A DNA stretch of 64,000 nt from Patescibacteria group bacterium (GCA_026416845.1 JAOAEL010000007.1:78-64077), one strand, 5' to 3'; positions 19,604 to 30,680 are shown, counted from the stretch's first letter. Numbers and translations: made by a program. Notes: generated by a model not told the origin, from the letters alone.

Positions 19604-20995
19604 TTATTTTTGTTTTTTTAAAGACAAGCTTGCTTGTCTTAAATTTGAAATTTGTTGGAGGTAAGCTTTGATATTAAATTTTTTCTCTAAACCTGTTTTA
19701 GTCATTGCTCTTATTTTACCAATTACTGGTCTTGTGAAAAAAGGTCTGTCATGAAGCCCGCCAATTGACCATAAAATTCCGACATACCCATTTGGATCTC
19801 TGCCATCAAGTTCATATTTATCATTCAAGTATATTGCGATTTTTACTGCTTCTTCGGGGCTTTTGGTCCATTCAAGTATCTTTTTTGCCCAGTACATTCT
19901 GAGATATCCGTGCATTTTGCCAAGTATTACCATTTCTGTGTTTGCCGCGTTCCAGAGATTATCATGGGTTTTTGATTTTTCCAATTCGGATAGAGAATAA
20001 ATATGTTCTCTTTTGTCTTTCAAATGAGCTATAAGTTCTTTTTTTGCCCAGTTTGGAATTCCATTTATGTTGTCGTAGTTTTTATTATAGTAGCAGTAAT
20101 TATCTGAGAGTTCCTTCCTTACGATGATTTCTTCGAGAAAAGTTTGAGTATTTTCATCTTCTTTTCTTTTTTTAATTTCCAAAACTACCTGTTGCGAGCA
20201 AATATGTCCAAAATGCAAATATGCGGATAGCCCAGACAAGGCGTTTTTAGTAGGGTCATTTCTGTTTCTTTTGTAATTGTCAAGTTTATGGTTAATAAAT
20301 TCAAACATTTTTTTTACTGCTTCACTTTCTCCGGGTTTGATTGGTATTGCGCTTTTTAGTTTTTCTATTTTTAATTTTCCAAGGTAATAGTCCCAATTTA
20401 TTCTTTTTATTAAATTTGGTTTGTTTTGCTTTTTAACTTCTGGAAAGGTTGTCAAAAATTTGCTTAGTAGTTTGGTAATTTTAGGTCTGAATGTCTTGGC
20501 GGAAAATTCTTGTTTGGCTGAAGCTATCCAGCATGGCACTATGTTGTGTGCGTCAACTTCGTAGAAAGCAATATTGATTTTAGAAAGAATTTTTTCAATT
20601 TTTCTTCTTTTATATTTAGATGGAGAGAAATCTATGACAATGCAAGTGGTATCTTTGTTGTTGGCAATTTTAGTCACTTCAGATATTGCATTTCCAAAGA
20701 TGAAGTTAAAGGGAATGTGTAGTTTGGACAAATTACTCTCAACTTCCTTTAGTCCTTCAAGCATAAATTTTATGTTTCTTGGGTGAGTTTTGGGTTGTTT
20801 ATCGTAAAATACAAAAAAAACTTCCAAGGTTGAATTTGTTTCTATCGCTTTTTGTTGTGCAAAAAGCAGTGCCCAGTTTTTATTTACTCTTTGATCACGG
20901 CTCATCCAGTAGTATACTTTTGAGCCATTTTTGTTTATATCTGATTTGTTTAGTTTTCTTGCTCTTTCTTGCAAAACTTGCATGGTTTTTATCAA
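19604..20995 (-). CDS. phr: Deoxyribodipyrimidine photolyase / cryptochrome family
   Basis: An N-terminal photolyase alpha/beta domain and a C-terminal FAD-binding helical domain at 463 aa. Confidence 0.75.
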   Translation of the reverse strand: MIKTMQVLQERARKLNKSDINKNGSKVYYWMSRDQRVNKNWALLFAQQKAIETNSTLEVFFVFYDKQPKTHPRNIKFMLEGLKEVESNLSKLHIPFNFIFGNAISEVTKIANNKDTTCIVIDFSPSKYKRRKIEKILSKINIAFYEVDAHNIVPCWIASAKQEFSAKTFRPKITKLLSKFLTTFPEVKKQNKPNLIKRINWDYYLGKLKIEKLKSAIPIKPGESEAVKKMFEFINHKLDNYKRNRNDPTKNALSGLSAYLHFGHICSQQVVLEIKKRKEDENTQTFLEEIIVRKELSDNYCYYNKNYDNINGIPNWAKKELIAHLKDKREHIYSLSELEKSKTHDNLWNAANTEMVILGKMHGYLRMYWAKKILEWTKSPEEAVKIAIYLNDKYELDGRDPNGYVGILWSIGGLHDRPFFTRPVIGKIRAMTKTGLEKKFNIKAYLQQISNLRQASLSLKKQK

Positions 20996-21031
20996 ATATT
21001 TTCTGATTAAATAAAATTGCTTGAGTTTATA

Positions 21032-22255
21032 TTACCTTCTTGTGAAGATTATTGCATTTGGTATGTCTCTGCCGGGCCCAACTTTGTATCCTCCGCTCCA
21101 AAGGGCAGTTGATCCGCCTGAATCGAGGTTCATAGCGTTTTCCATTCCAAGAGCTTTAAGAACTCGCGCAGATTCTACCACAGTTGCATTGTGAACTACT
21201 CCAATAAAAACAATATTTCCTTTGTTTGCCACAAAACTTCTATTTCCTTTACTGCCTTTTTTAGGGTCGTCATCCCCACCAAAGCGGATATTGCCGTTTT
21301 CTAGAAGCAATGGATAATTTGATATAACGCCATCAACGCTTGTGTCTCTTCCCCATTGCGATGCAGAGGAAACAAATCTGATATATCCATTGCCAAATAT
21401 GACAGCCGGATTATTGCTGTATACATTGTTTGAAGAATTGAAATAATGCTTATTTTTATTCATTACCAAAAGGTCAAAAGAATTTGTTTTATTTGCACAT
21501 GAAGGATATGTTGCAGGGCAAAAATAGGTGCCGTTTATACCAGCGAATCCTCCGTTTCTTGATACATAAGTTGACAAAGGAAGAACAGGACAATTGTTGG
21601 CGCAGTCACTATCGCTTGCGGTATCGACAATAACTCTGGTGGTAGAAATATCAGCAGCTATTAGGCTTACCATAAAAGATCCTATGTCAGTGTTAACTTG
21701 TTGTCTTGAATATCCAGAAGCTGGTGGGGTGTTGTTTTGAGGCACATTTGTTGGAATGCTTAAGTTTGATGCCAGTTTTGTTTCTTCTTCTTTGATTTTT
21801 TTATTAAGCTCATTTATCTTTTGAGTTGCTGACTCGTAGTCTTTTTTTGAGAGATCGCTTATAGCTTTTGCGAAAGTTTCATCCAGCACTTTGGTTTTGT
21901 TGGTTTTTTCTTTCAAATCCAGCAAACTTTCATAAGTATCAACTAAGCTATTGTATGTTTTTTGGATATTTTTTATCTCTTCTGCAAGCTCTTGGTTTAT
22001 TTTTACCTGATCTTGGGCGCTAAAATCTTCAAGTTCTTTTTGTGTTTTTTGCAACTCGCTTAGATATTGATTTTTTTCTGAAGCAAGCGATTCTAATCTT
22101 GAATTGAGCGACTTAATTTCTAGATTCGAGTTGTAAACTGCATATAATGCATATAAAAGAGGCAAAAAAATTGCAATTATTACAATTATTAAAAGATTGC
22201 TAAGATTTGCAGAGAGCAAAGCTCTTAAACTTGACAGCTTTTTAAACATATGCAT
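21032..22255 (-). CDS. Membrane-anchored protein with a C-terminal phosphodiester glycosidase (DUF2233-like) domain
   Basis: N-terminal TM, then a coiled-coil, then a C-terminal domain resembling the NAGPA/DUF2233 family. Confidence 0.45.
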   Translation of the reverse strand: MHMFKKLSSLRALLSANLSNLLIIVIIAIFLPLLYALYAVYNSNLEIKSLNSRLESLASEKNQYLSELQKTQKELEDFSAQDQVKINQELAEEIKNIQKTYNSLVDTYESLLDLKEKTNKTKVLDETFAKAISDLSKKDYESATQKINELNKKIKEEETKLASNLSIPTNVPQNNTPPASGYSRQQVNTDIGSFMVSLIAADISTTRVIVDTASDSDCANNCPVLPLSTYVSRNGGFAGINGTYFCPATYPSCANKTNSFDLLVMNKNKHYFNSSNNVYSNNPAVIFGNGYIRFVSSASQWGRDTSVDGVISNYPLLLENGNIRFGGDDDPKKGSKGNRSFVANKGNIVFIGVVHNATVVESARVLKALGMENAMNLDSGGSTALWSGGYKVGPGRDIPNAIIFTRR

Positions 22256-22319
22256 GATTTATAATATTTCTTTTAGAAAAAAAATAAAATTGGAAAATTA
22301 TATATAATCAAATCTGCAA

Positions 22320-22976
22320 ATGCTCTATGCCTTTTTATTGTTTGTCCAGATTGTTTTTCTGTATTTGATTTCTAAGCAAATTCTGAAATTGCTTTTAAGT
22401 TCAAAACAAAATTCCAAATTTAGAAAAATTCGTTTTTTTGTATTTGCCGTTTTCTTTTTGCCTGGGACGTTTTTGCATGAATTGTCTCATTTTGTAATGG
22501 CAAAGCTTTTGGGAGTGAGAGTTGAAAAATTTAACTTATTTCCCGTTTTTGCCGAATCAAAAATAGTTTTGGGAAGTGTAAGTCTTCAAAAAACGGATTT
22601 TATAAGACGATTTATAGTTGGTGTAGCACCGCTTTTTTTTGGAATAGCGATACTAAGCATTTTGGGTTTTTTCTTGACTAATTATCGTGATTCGCTGTCG
22701 TTTTGGTCATATGCTGTATTTGTTTTTTTAATTTTTGTGATATCAAATACTATGTTTTTAAGCGATAAAGATTTGGCAGGAAGTTGGAAGTTTTATATAT
22801 TTTTGCTTTTTGTTGTTGTAATTTTGTATTTTATTTTGAGATATTTTGATGTTGAAATTTATCAATTTTTGGATCAAATGTTCCAGAATATTTATTTTTT
22901 TGTGCATTTATTGGTTTATCCTTTGCTTATAAATCTTTTCTGCTTATTGATTGTGAGCTTTTTGTCAAAAAATTAG
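22320..22976 (+). CDS. Polytopic membrane protein with an HExxH motif (putative metalloprotease-like)
   Basis: A HELSH motif sits in a hydrophobic context, with multiple TM helices. Confidence 0.4.
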   Translation: MLYAFLLFVQIVFLYLISKQILKLLLSSKQNSKFRKIRFFVFAVFFLPGTFLHELSHFVMAKLLGVRVEKFNLFPVFAESKIVLGSVSLQKTDFIRRFIVGVAPLFFGIAILSILGFFLTNYRDSLSFWSYAVFVFLIFVISNTMFLSDKDLAGSWKFYIFLLFVVVILYFILRYFDVEIYQFLDQMFQNIYFFVHLLVYPLLINLFCLLIVSFLSKN

Positions 22977-23005
22977 CTTGGTGATTTATCCTAAAATTTT
23001 TTGCT

Positions 23006-23692
23006 TTGAATATGGCGACGCAAGGATACTTGTTAATTGATAAACCAAAAAATTTAACTTCTCACGATGTTATTAATATTTTAAGAAAGATAACTGGTGT
23101 GAAAAAAATTGGTCATGCTGGCACTTTGGATCCAAACGCTACAGGACTTCTAATAGTTGGAATTGGCAGGGAGTTTACAAAAAAGCTTGGATATTTCGCA
23201 AGTCAAGTCTCCAAAGAATATGAAGCAGAGATAATTTTAGGTGAAACTAGAGACACTTTTGATGCAGAAGGCGCTGTGATTCGTGTTAATAGCTTGGTTC
23301 CTAGTTCAGATCAGGTTAAACTAGTACTTGAGAAGAAGATTGGCAGACAAAAACAAATACCGCCAAAATTTTCAGCAATAAAAATTCAGGGTAGAAAAGC
23401 TTATGAATTGGCTAGAAAAGGCGAAAGTTTTATGCTAGAACCAAGAGATGTTATGGTTCATTCAATTGATTTGCTTGATTATAATTATCCTAAACTAAAG
23501 TTGCTTTTGAAAGTTTCAAGTGGGACATACATAAGATCGCTTGCAAATGATATTGGTGATATGCTTGGATGTGGAGCGTATCTCAACGAACTTAGACGAA
23601 CAAAAATTGGCAAATATTCTGTTTATGAAGCGGACAAGTTGGAAAATATCAAACCCGAGAATTGGCAAGGTTTTGTTAGGTTGGAAATTTAA
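23006..23692 (+). CDS. truB: tRNA pseudouridine(55) synthase TruB
   Basis: GYLLIDKP ... HAGTLDP catalytic-Asp motif. Confidence 0.85.
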   Translation: MNMATQGYLLIDKPKNLTSHDVINILRKITGVKKIGHAGTLDPNATGLLIVGIGREFTKKLGYFASQVSKEYEAEIILGETRDTFDAEGAVIRVNSLVPSSDQVKLVLEKKIGRQKQIPPKFSAIKIQGRKAYELARKGESFMLEPRDVMVHSIDLLDYNYPKLKLLLKVSSGTYIRSLANDIGDMLGCGAYLNELRRTKIGKYSVYEADKLENIKPENWQGFVRLEI

Positions 23693-23764
23693 TTTTTATG
23701 GATAAAATTTAAGGCTAATTTTGTTTTTCACGAAAATAAGATCTAATTTTTAAACTTTTTCATA

Positions 23765-24508
23765 ATGGACATAACACAAGCAATTATTTTGGGTATTATT
23801 CAGGGTGTTACTGAATTTTTGCCAATTTCTTCCTCTGGGCATTTGGTTATTGTTCAGAATTTAATGCCTAATTTTTCCCAACCCGGGATACTTTTTGATG
23901 TTACTGTTCATGTGGGGACATTGTTTGCTGTGATTTATTTTTTTAGACAAAGAATTTTATCAATCAGCAAAAGAGATATATTTTTATTAGGATTAGGCAC
24001 TGCGCCGTCAATTCTTGCCGGATTTTTCTTGCAAGAGTTTTTGGAGAATAGTTTTAAAGCAAGCAATTTTTCGATTGGGATGCAATTTATTCTTACTGCT
24101 TTGATGTGTTTTTGGGTGGATCATGCAAAACATGATGATAAGAAAGTTACAGCAACGAATTCAGTATTAATTGGCATTGCTCAGGCTGTTTCAATCTTGC
24201 CTGCTATATCAAGGTCTGGTGCTACCATTTTTGCTTCAAGAATTTTGGGAATAGAAAAGTCCAAAGCCGCTGAGTTTTCTTTTTTGTTATCTATTCCGGC
24301 AATTTTGGGAGCGTCTGTTCTTCAACTAAAATCTCATGTGGGATCTGTACCCAAATCAGACATTTTTGCTTATTTTGTCGGGTTTTTTGTGGCTATGGTT
24401 GTTGGGTATTTTTCTATAAGTTTTACCATCAAAACTCTTCTAAGTTCAAAATTTAAGTGGTTTGGTTTTTATACTTTGATTTTGGGTATGATGTTAATTT
24501 TTATCTAA
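23765..24508 (+). CDS. uppP: Undecaprenyl-diphosphatase UppP/BacA
   Basis: GxxQGxTEFLPISSSGHL signature. Confidence 0.85.
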   Translation: MDITQAIILGIIQGVTEFLPISSSGHLVIVQNLMPNFSQPGILFDVTVHVGTLFAVIYFFRQRILSISKRDIFLLGLGTAPSILAGFFLQEFLENSFKASNFSIGMQFILTALMCFWVDHAKHDDKKVTATNSVLIGIAQAVSILPAISRSGATIFASRILGIEKSKAAEFSFLLSIPAILGASVLQLKSHVGSVPKSDIFAYFVGFFVAMVVGYFSISFTIKTLLSSKFKWFGFYTLILGMMLIFI

Positions 24509-24869
24509 CAAGATTTGCTATTTTAGGCGTGAACAAAATTAACCCCACTATTACGGAAAGAATCGAGGCTACCAAAACTCCAGCGGCTGCCACATCTTTG
24601 GCAATTTTTGCTTGAGGATTGTATTTTGGACTGATCAGATCTACAACTGCTTCGATGACAGTATTTAGCAGCTCCATTGTGATAACGTAAAAGATTGTGA
24701 ATGCAAGTATTATCCATTCGATAGCTGAAAGATTGAAAAAGAAACCAACCGATAAAATTATTAAGGCGATAGCTAAATGAATTCTAAAGTTTGGTTCATT
24801 TTTCATTGCTGTTTTGATGCCTTCAAACGCGTATCCAAAACTTTTTATGGTTGAATGTTTGATTCCCAT
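24501..24869 (-). CDS. dgkA: Diacylglycerol/undecaprenol kinase DgkA family
   Basis: Roughly 120-aa three-TM protein carrying a DgkA motif. Confidence 0.7.
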   Translation of the reverse strand: MGIKHSTIKSFGYAFEGIKTAMKNEPNFRIHLAIALIILSVGFFFNLSAIEWIILAFTIFYVITMELLNTVIEAVVDLISPKYNPQAKIAKDVAAAGVLVASILSVIVGLILFTPKIANLVR

Positions 24870-24928
24870 GCTTCGAGTATAAACCCAAATAATTGATAAA
24901 ACAAAATTAGGTATGTATATTTAAATTA

Positions 24929-25642
24929 ATGTTTGACAAAAAGTTTTTTTTGTTAATTTTAGTATGTAGTTTATTTATCATTTCTGTTGTCCCAACTTTA
25001 ATAAACAGTTCTACAAAGTACAAAGAGCAAATTCTTGTGGGGCAGGATGATTTACTATCGTGCGATACAAATTCTTATACAGGCGAAATTAACACTTTTG
25101 ATAAGTTTGCCTATTTTGAGGGTCGAAGATTTTCTTACCCGTCTTATTTGCTAGATTACTTAGCTGGTGAAAATTCTAACATCTCTAATGTGATGGGTGT
25201 AAATAGTGACGCAAAGTGGGTTCAGGTCGATTTGTCAGATCAAACTTTAATTGCTTGGGAGGGTGATAAAAAAGTTTTGGAAACCAAGATATCGTCAGGT
25301 TTGCCCCGCACTCCCACACCTAAAGGGGAGTTTAGGGTTTGGATTAAGTTAAGATCCGCTAAAATGGAAGGAGGTTCAGGAAGAAATTACTATTATTTGC
25401 CCAATGTTCCCTATGTTATGTATTTTGCCAATGAGAATGTCCCCGCTCGCAAAGGTTACGGTTTGCATGGAGCTTATTGGCATAATGATTTTGGTAGGCC
25501 CAGGAGTCATGGTTGTGTAAATCTACCAATTCCTATAGCAAAGCAGTTGTATGAATGGGTTGATCCTGTTTTGCCACCTGGGAAGAATGTTGCACGAGCT
25601 ACAAAAGAAAATCCGGGCACAAGAATTGTAATACACGACTAG
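24929..25642 (+). CDS. L,D-transpeptidase (YkuD domain)
   Basis: Catalytic HG...SHGCVNL motif, with an N-terminal signal/anchor. Confidence 0.75.
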   Translation: MFDKKFFLLILVCSLFIISVVPTLINSSTKYKEQILVGQDDLLSCDTNSYTGEINTFDKFAYFEGRRFSYPSYLLDYLAGENSNISNVMGVNSDAKWVQVDLSDQTLIAWEGDKKVLETKISSGLPRTPTPKGEFRVWIKLRSAKMEGGSGRNYYYLPNVPYVMYFANENVPARKGYGLHGAYWHNDFGRPRSHGCVNLPIPIAKQLYEWVDPVLPPGKNVARATKENPGTRIVIHD

Positions 25643-25691
25643 CAAGATTTATAATTTGTTATAAATGGCTTAATTTTTTTGAGTATCTTTT

Positions 25692-26150
25692 ATGCATGAT
25701 ATAACTTATAACTTGATACTTTTTATTGCCAGTTTTTTGATTTGGATTATGATTTTGTGTGCAATAATTTTGTGGTTTTTTTCCAAAAGAAGACAACATA
25801 AGGTATTAGTTGCAATTTTTTTTACTATTTTAATTGCTGTGTTTATATCTCAATTGATTAAAAGTTTTTTCCCTTATGCGCGACCTTTCGAATTATATAA
25901 TTTATCTCCGATTACTTTGACTTTCCCTAAAGATTCTTCTTTCCCGTCAACTCATGCTGCAGTTGCTTTTGCTTTAGCATTTTCTTTAAATTCTTATTAT
26001 AAAAAATATGCTTTTTGGTTTTTTATTTGCGCAATGTTTGTAGGTATTGGAAGAATTGTTAGTAATGTTCATTTTTTAGGGGATGTTGCTGGTGGTGTAT
26101 TGGTTGGGTATCTTGCAAATAAGATTAGAATATTACTAAGAATTAGTTGA
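25692..26150 (+). CDS. PAP2-family phosphatase
   Basis: PAP2 motifs PSTH ... SRIVSNVHFLGDV. Confidence 0.7.
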   Translation: MHDITYNLILFIASFLIWIMILCAIILWFFSKRRQHKVLVAIFFTILIAVFISQLIKSFFPYARPFELYNLSPITLTFPKDSSFPSTHAAVAFALAFSLNSYYKKYAFWFFICAMFVGIGRIVSNVHFLGDVAGGVLVGYLANKIRILLRIS

Positions 26151-26198
26151 CAAACTTGACAATTAGCAAAAGATGTTCTAGACTGCTAAAGCTATTTT

Positions 26199-28688
26199 AT
26201 GAATGAATTACAAAAAGATAACATAAAAGAAGAAAAAACAATAAGAAAACTGCCGATAGTTGCAATTCGTGGTTCTGTGCTTTTTCCAAGTACTGATTTG
26301 GCTCTTAATTTTGGTCGTAAAAAGAGTATAGAAGCAATGAGCTTTGCTTTTAATCAAGACAAGGTAGTTGGTATTTTTACTCAAATTGATTCTCGTACTG
26401 TAGATCCTAACTATAATGATCTTAATAAAGTTGGAACTTTGGCAATAATTTCTCAAATGATGTCAACAGAAAATGAAGTTGTAGCTCTTGTTAAAGGTCA
26501 GAAAAGGATATTTTTAAAAGAAATTGTTTCTACAGAACCTTATTTGCTTGGAATTGTTGAAGAAATTCAGGAAGAAGAATTAAGCAATCAGTATAAGTTA
26601 GATGTTGAAGCGTTAACTAACAAAATTTCTGAACTTTTCAAAAAGGCTATCAATCTTGGCAAACAAGCAGAGCTTGTTTCGGTCATGCGTTTAATTTCTG
26701 ATCAAATAAATCCTAGTGATCTTGCAGATCAAGTTGCATCTTTACTTGATATATCTGCTAAAAAGAAGCAGGAAATTTTAGAAATTATACCTTTGAAAAA
26801 GAGACTTGAAGTGGTTTATGAAGCTCTTTCTCATGAAGTAAACGTTTTAGAACTGGAAAAAAACATATCTGATAAGACGCAAAAGAGATTTGAAGAACAA
26901 ATGAGAAAAGCAATGCTTCGAGAAAAGAAAAAAACTATAGAGCAAGAATTGGGCGAAGTTGATGATGAAAATATAATTTCTGAAGAGTTGAAAGAGTATA
27001 GAAGAAAAATTAAGGAATCAAGAATGCCTAAAAATGTTCGTGATAAAGCTGAAAAGGAACTTAAAAAGCTTTCTCAATTGTCTCCACATAATCCTGAAGG
27101 AGGTTACATAAGAAATTATTTAGATTGGTTAACTGATATGCCATGGAATAAGTTTTCTGAGAGCCGTGTCTCAATTGCCAATGCCGCCAAAGTTTTAGAT
27201 AAAGAGCATTATGGTATAGAGAAAGTTAAAGAGCGAATTTTGGAATATTTATCTGTTATGAAAGTAAAATCTACTGAAGTGTCTGAAAAAGGCAAATCTT
27301 CTACAAGCTCAAATTCAAAAAAAGATTCTGATAAAGATTACCATCCTACTATTTTGTGTTTTATTGGACCTCCCGGTGTAGGTAAGACATCTATTGGCAA
27401 GTCTATAGCCAAGGCATTAAATCGCGAATTTGTAAGGATTTCTTTGGGAGGTGTTAGAGATGAAGCAGAGATTAGAGGACATAGGAGAACCTATGTTGGA
27501 GCTTTACCAGGTAGAATTATACAGGGAATAAAAAATGCTGGCACAAAAAATCCTGTGTTTATGCTTGATGAAATAGATAAACTAGGCAATGATTTTCGAG
27601 GTGATCCTTCTTCGGCTCTTTTAGAAGCTCTTGATCCAGAGCAGAACAAAGAATTTTCTGATCATTATTTGGAAGTTCCTTTTGATCTCTCACAAGTGAT
27701 GTTTATAGCAACTGGAAATGTTTTGGAAGATATACCACCAGCCCTTCGTGACAGAATGGAAGTGATAAGGTTTGCTGGTTACACACAAGATGAAAAATTT
27801 CATATTGCTAAAAATTTCTTGTGGAGTAAGCAAGTTAAGGCTCATGGTTTAGCAAACAAAAATTTAAGATTGTCAAAGCAAGCTTTAAATGAAATTATTA
27901 ACAGGTATACTAAAGAAGCAGGAGTTAGAAATTTAGAACGTAGTTTGGCAACTATTTGTAGAAAAATAGCGAGATGTGTTGCTGAGAATAAAGAATATCC
28001 AACATTGATTAAGGTTGCTGATGTTAGAAAATACTTAGGGCCTCAAAAGTATTCGAATCAACTGGCTGAAAAGAAAGAAGAAGTAGGAATGGCCACAGGT
28101 CTTGCTGTAACTGCGGCTGGTGGAGAGATTCTTTTTGTTGAGGTTGCTTTGATGCCCGGTCGTGGACAGTTAGTGCTTACCGGGCAACTTGGCGATGTTA
28201 TGAAAGAATCTGCAAAAGCTGCATTTACTTGGTCTAGATCTCACTGGCAAGAATTAGGTCTTGATAGGCATTTTGCCAAAGGTATTGATGTGCATATTCA
28301 TGTTCCTGAAGGAGCAGTGCCTAAAGATGGTCCGTCCGCAGGCATTGCAATAACTACGGCTTTGGTATCTGCGCTTACAAAAATTCCTGTCAGAAGTAGT
28401 GTGGGTATGACTGGTGAAGTGACTTTGCGTGGCAGAGTTTTGGAAATTGGTGGTGTAAAAGAAAAGGTTATTGCGGGACATAGGGCAGGACTTAAAACTA
28501 TAATTTTGCCGAAAGAAAATGAGAAGGATATGGAAGAAATTCCTGAAAATGTTAGAAATGACTTAAATTTTGTTTTTGCATCACAAATTCAAGAAGTCCT
28601 TAAAATTGCTCTTTGCAAAATGCCAAAGCCAAAAATTGAAAAATCCGAAGAATTGCCTAATAAATTCTCTGCGATTGCTAGTGCTTAA
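26199..28688 (+). CDS. lon: ATP-dependent protease Lon
   Basis: Lon N-terminal domain, AAA+ Walker A (GPPGVGKTS) and a C-terminal Ser-Lys protease domain (DGPSAG) at 829 aa. Confidence 0.9.
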   Translation: MNELQKDNIKEEKTIRKLPIVAIRGSVLFPSTDLALNFGRKKSIEAMSFAFNQDKVVGIFTQIDSRTVDPNYNDLNKVGTLAIISQMMSTENEVVALVKGQKRIFLKEIVSTEPYLLGIVEEIQEEELSNQYKLDVEALTNKISELFKKAINLGKQAELVSVMRLISDQINPSDLADQVASLLDISAKKKQEILEIIPLKKRLEVVYEALSHEVNVLELEKNISDKTQKRFEEQMRKAMLREKKKTIEQELGEVDDENIISEELKEYRRKIKESRMPKNVRDKAEKELKKLSQLSPHNPEGGYIRNYLDWLTDMPWNKFSESRVSIANAAKVLDKEHYGIEKVKERILEYLSVMKVKSTEVSEKGKSSTSSNSKKDSDKDYHPTILCFIGPPGVGKTSIGKSIAKALNREFVRISLGGVRDEAEIRGHRRTYVGALPGRIIQGIKNAGTKNPVFMLDEIDKLGNDFRGDPSSALLEALDPEQNKEFSDHYLEVPFDLSQVMFIATGNVLEDIPPALRDRMEVIRFAGYTQDEKFHIAKNFLWSKQVKAHGLANKNLRLSKQALNEIINRYTKEAGVRNLERSLATICRKIARCVAENKEYPTLIKVADVRKYLGPQKYSNQLAEKKEEVGMATGLAVTAAGGEILFVEVALMPGRGQLVLTGQLGDVMKESAKAAFTWSRSHWQELGLDRHFAKGIDVHIHVPEGAVPKDGPSAGIAITTALVSALTKIPVRSSVGMTGEVTLRGRVLEIGGVKEKVIAGHRAGLKTIILPKENEKDMEEIPENVRNDLNFVFASQIQEVLKIALCKMPKPKIEKSEELPNKFSAIASA

Positions 28689-29113
28689 CAAGAAGTAAAA
28701 ACAAAAAAATTTTCAAAAATTTACCTTTGATAAATGTTTAGTTATTTAAAGATTATTTCCAAAATTTTAATAGTAATTTTAATAGTAAATTGGAGAAAAG
28801 TAGTGACGCAAAGCAGGGGTTAGGGAGATTCATGCAAATTGGTGTTCCTAGAAAACAAGATTTTGATATTGCCCGAAAGCATTTTATGTCTTTTGTTGTA
28901 ATTGAATGAACAAATTTGCCGTAGAGTATATGCTACCCCAAAAAATAAACATAGGCAAAATAATCGCAATTAAAATGAAATACTTTAAAAAGGATTTATT
29001 TTTTTTGTTCTTGATTGGCTTCAACTTTCATATTAATTGAATTATTTTTGTTTTGTACATTAAAAATGTTTTTTGTAAAGTGAAGTGTTAAAATACAATA
29101 GTTTTTTTATAAA

Positions 29114-29185
29114 GGCGCTATCGTCTATCGGCTAGGACGGCAGGTTCTCATCCTGCAAAGCAGGGTTCGATTCCCTGTAGCGTCA
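29114..29185 (+). tRNA. tRNA-Glu (anticodon CUC)
   Basis: Hand-folded cloverleaf: acceptor GGCGCTA/TAGCGTC, D-stem GTCT/GGAC, anticodon stem GCAGG/CCTGC with loop TTCTCAT, T-arm CAGGG-TTCGATT-CCCTG, discriminator A. CCA is not encoded. Confidence 0.75.
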
Positions 29186-29318
29186 CAAATGTCATAAGGT
29201 TTAGATTGTGCTTTTGATCCTGTAATTCGTATTAACATAGTGGTACATTGACCATTTTGGTCACGAGAAGAATAATTACCTCTGTAGATGTTGTTATTCC
29301 TGAATAATTATCATTTTA

Positions 29319-29938
29319 TTAGTCAAAATAAACTTTGTTTTGATGCGAGAGAGAAGTTCTTGTCATTCTTCTACTGTTCCTATTTGGAGAATGTGTAAAA
29401 GATAGTTTTTGATTGTTTTTATTGGCTGAGATTTTGGTGATTCTGTAACATCGGTTTTTGCTACTTCTTAAAAGTTTTCTAAAGTTTTCAAGTGACAATA
29501 ATTTTAATTCAATAAATTCATGCTCTTCAGCCTTTGACTCGCTGACTTTTTCACAGTCAGTTGCAACAAAACAATATCTTCTCATGGTTGAATAAGCATC
29601 ATCAAAACAAGTAGTCACGAGTTGTACTGTTACCTTGTAACCTGTTTCTTCAAGTAGTTCTCGTTCCATTGTTTTTTCTGGTTTTTCGTTTGGATCAACA
29701 AATCACGTGGTAATTCTAGTAGGATTTCTTTTGGACCTTGACGATATTGCTTGGCAACAATAACTTTATTGTCTCTGGTCATGGCCAAAACTACGGCAGC
29801 AGGGTCTTCCTTTTTAATATAAAAATCAGTTTCTTTTCCATCTGGGAGCCTAAACATCACTCTCTCGATATTTCGACTATATTTTTCAAAAGCAATTTTT
29901 CTTGAGAGTTCGTACCATTTCTGTACCTTCTTATTCAT
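29319..29938 (-). pseudogene. Frameshifted NUDIX ADP-ribose pyrophosphatase-like gene
   Basis: Two overlapping minus-strand ORFs (29630..29938 and 29319..29669). The first carries the N-terminal part and the second the Nudix box (RELLEETGY), separated by a frame change. Confidence 0.55.
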
Positions 29939-30089
29939 AGACTTATTCTAGGTTATCTACACTACCCACGCAGGTCAATAACTGGTCATGGTCTATCTTT
30001 ATTGAGGTAGCCACCCTCTTTTGTGAGTAATATCTTTTCCATTAAAAGGTAGATTATTTCCACATAAGGAAGTCATTTTTCCTCCGGAT

Positions 30090-30680
30090 TTTTGAACAAG
30101 CAGAATTCCCACCGCGTAATCCCAAAGCGCTACTGACTGCCCCTGCTGTGCAAATCACACTGCAGAATGTACATCTCCTCGCAGTAGAGCGCAGATCTTT
30201 GGAGTTAAAACAGAAACTTCAAGTGGAACAAATCCAGTTCTAATATATTCAAAAACTCGTGTGTTTTTAATTTAACGAAGGCTCACAGCTATTCTTTTTT
30301 TTGCAGGATTATTTGGCTATAGGGCAGCCCTATTTAATCTTACTCCTTTACCTTTAATGGCAGTAAAGTGCTGGTGTTTATCGGGCATTAAGATTGAAGC
30401 GATTGTGGGTTTTCCATTTTGAACAGCACAGATGAATGTACTCCATTCGTTTTTACCTTTAATAAATTCTTTAGTTCCGTCAATTGGATCGATGACAATA
30501 CATAATGACCTTTCCATTAAAAAAGTCGTCTTTGAAGCTTTCTTTGCCAAAAACAGGGTCTATATCAGAAAATATTTCGTTTGTAATATTCTCGATTGCA
30601 ATATCAAATTTGGTGACAATATCAAGCGTTCCGTTCACATTCACCTTATCAAGGATTCTTTTTGTCCTAATCGCCATTGA
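30090..30680 (-). pseudogene. Decayed inositol-monophosphatase/CysQ-family gene
   Basis: Minus-strand fragments carry the IMPase motifs (IDPIDGT in ORF 30317..30550; WDYAVG readable in another frame near 30130). They are interrupted by frameshifts and stops. Confidence 0.5.
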
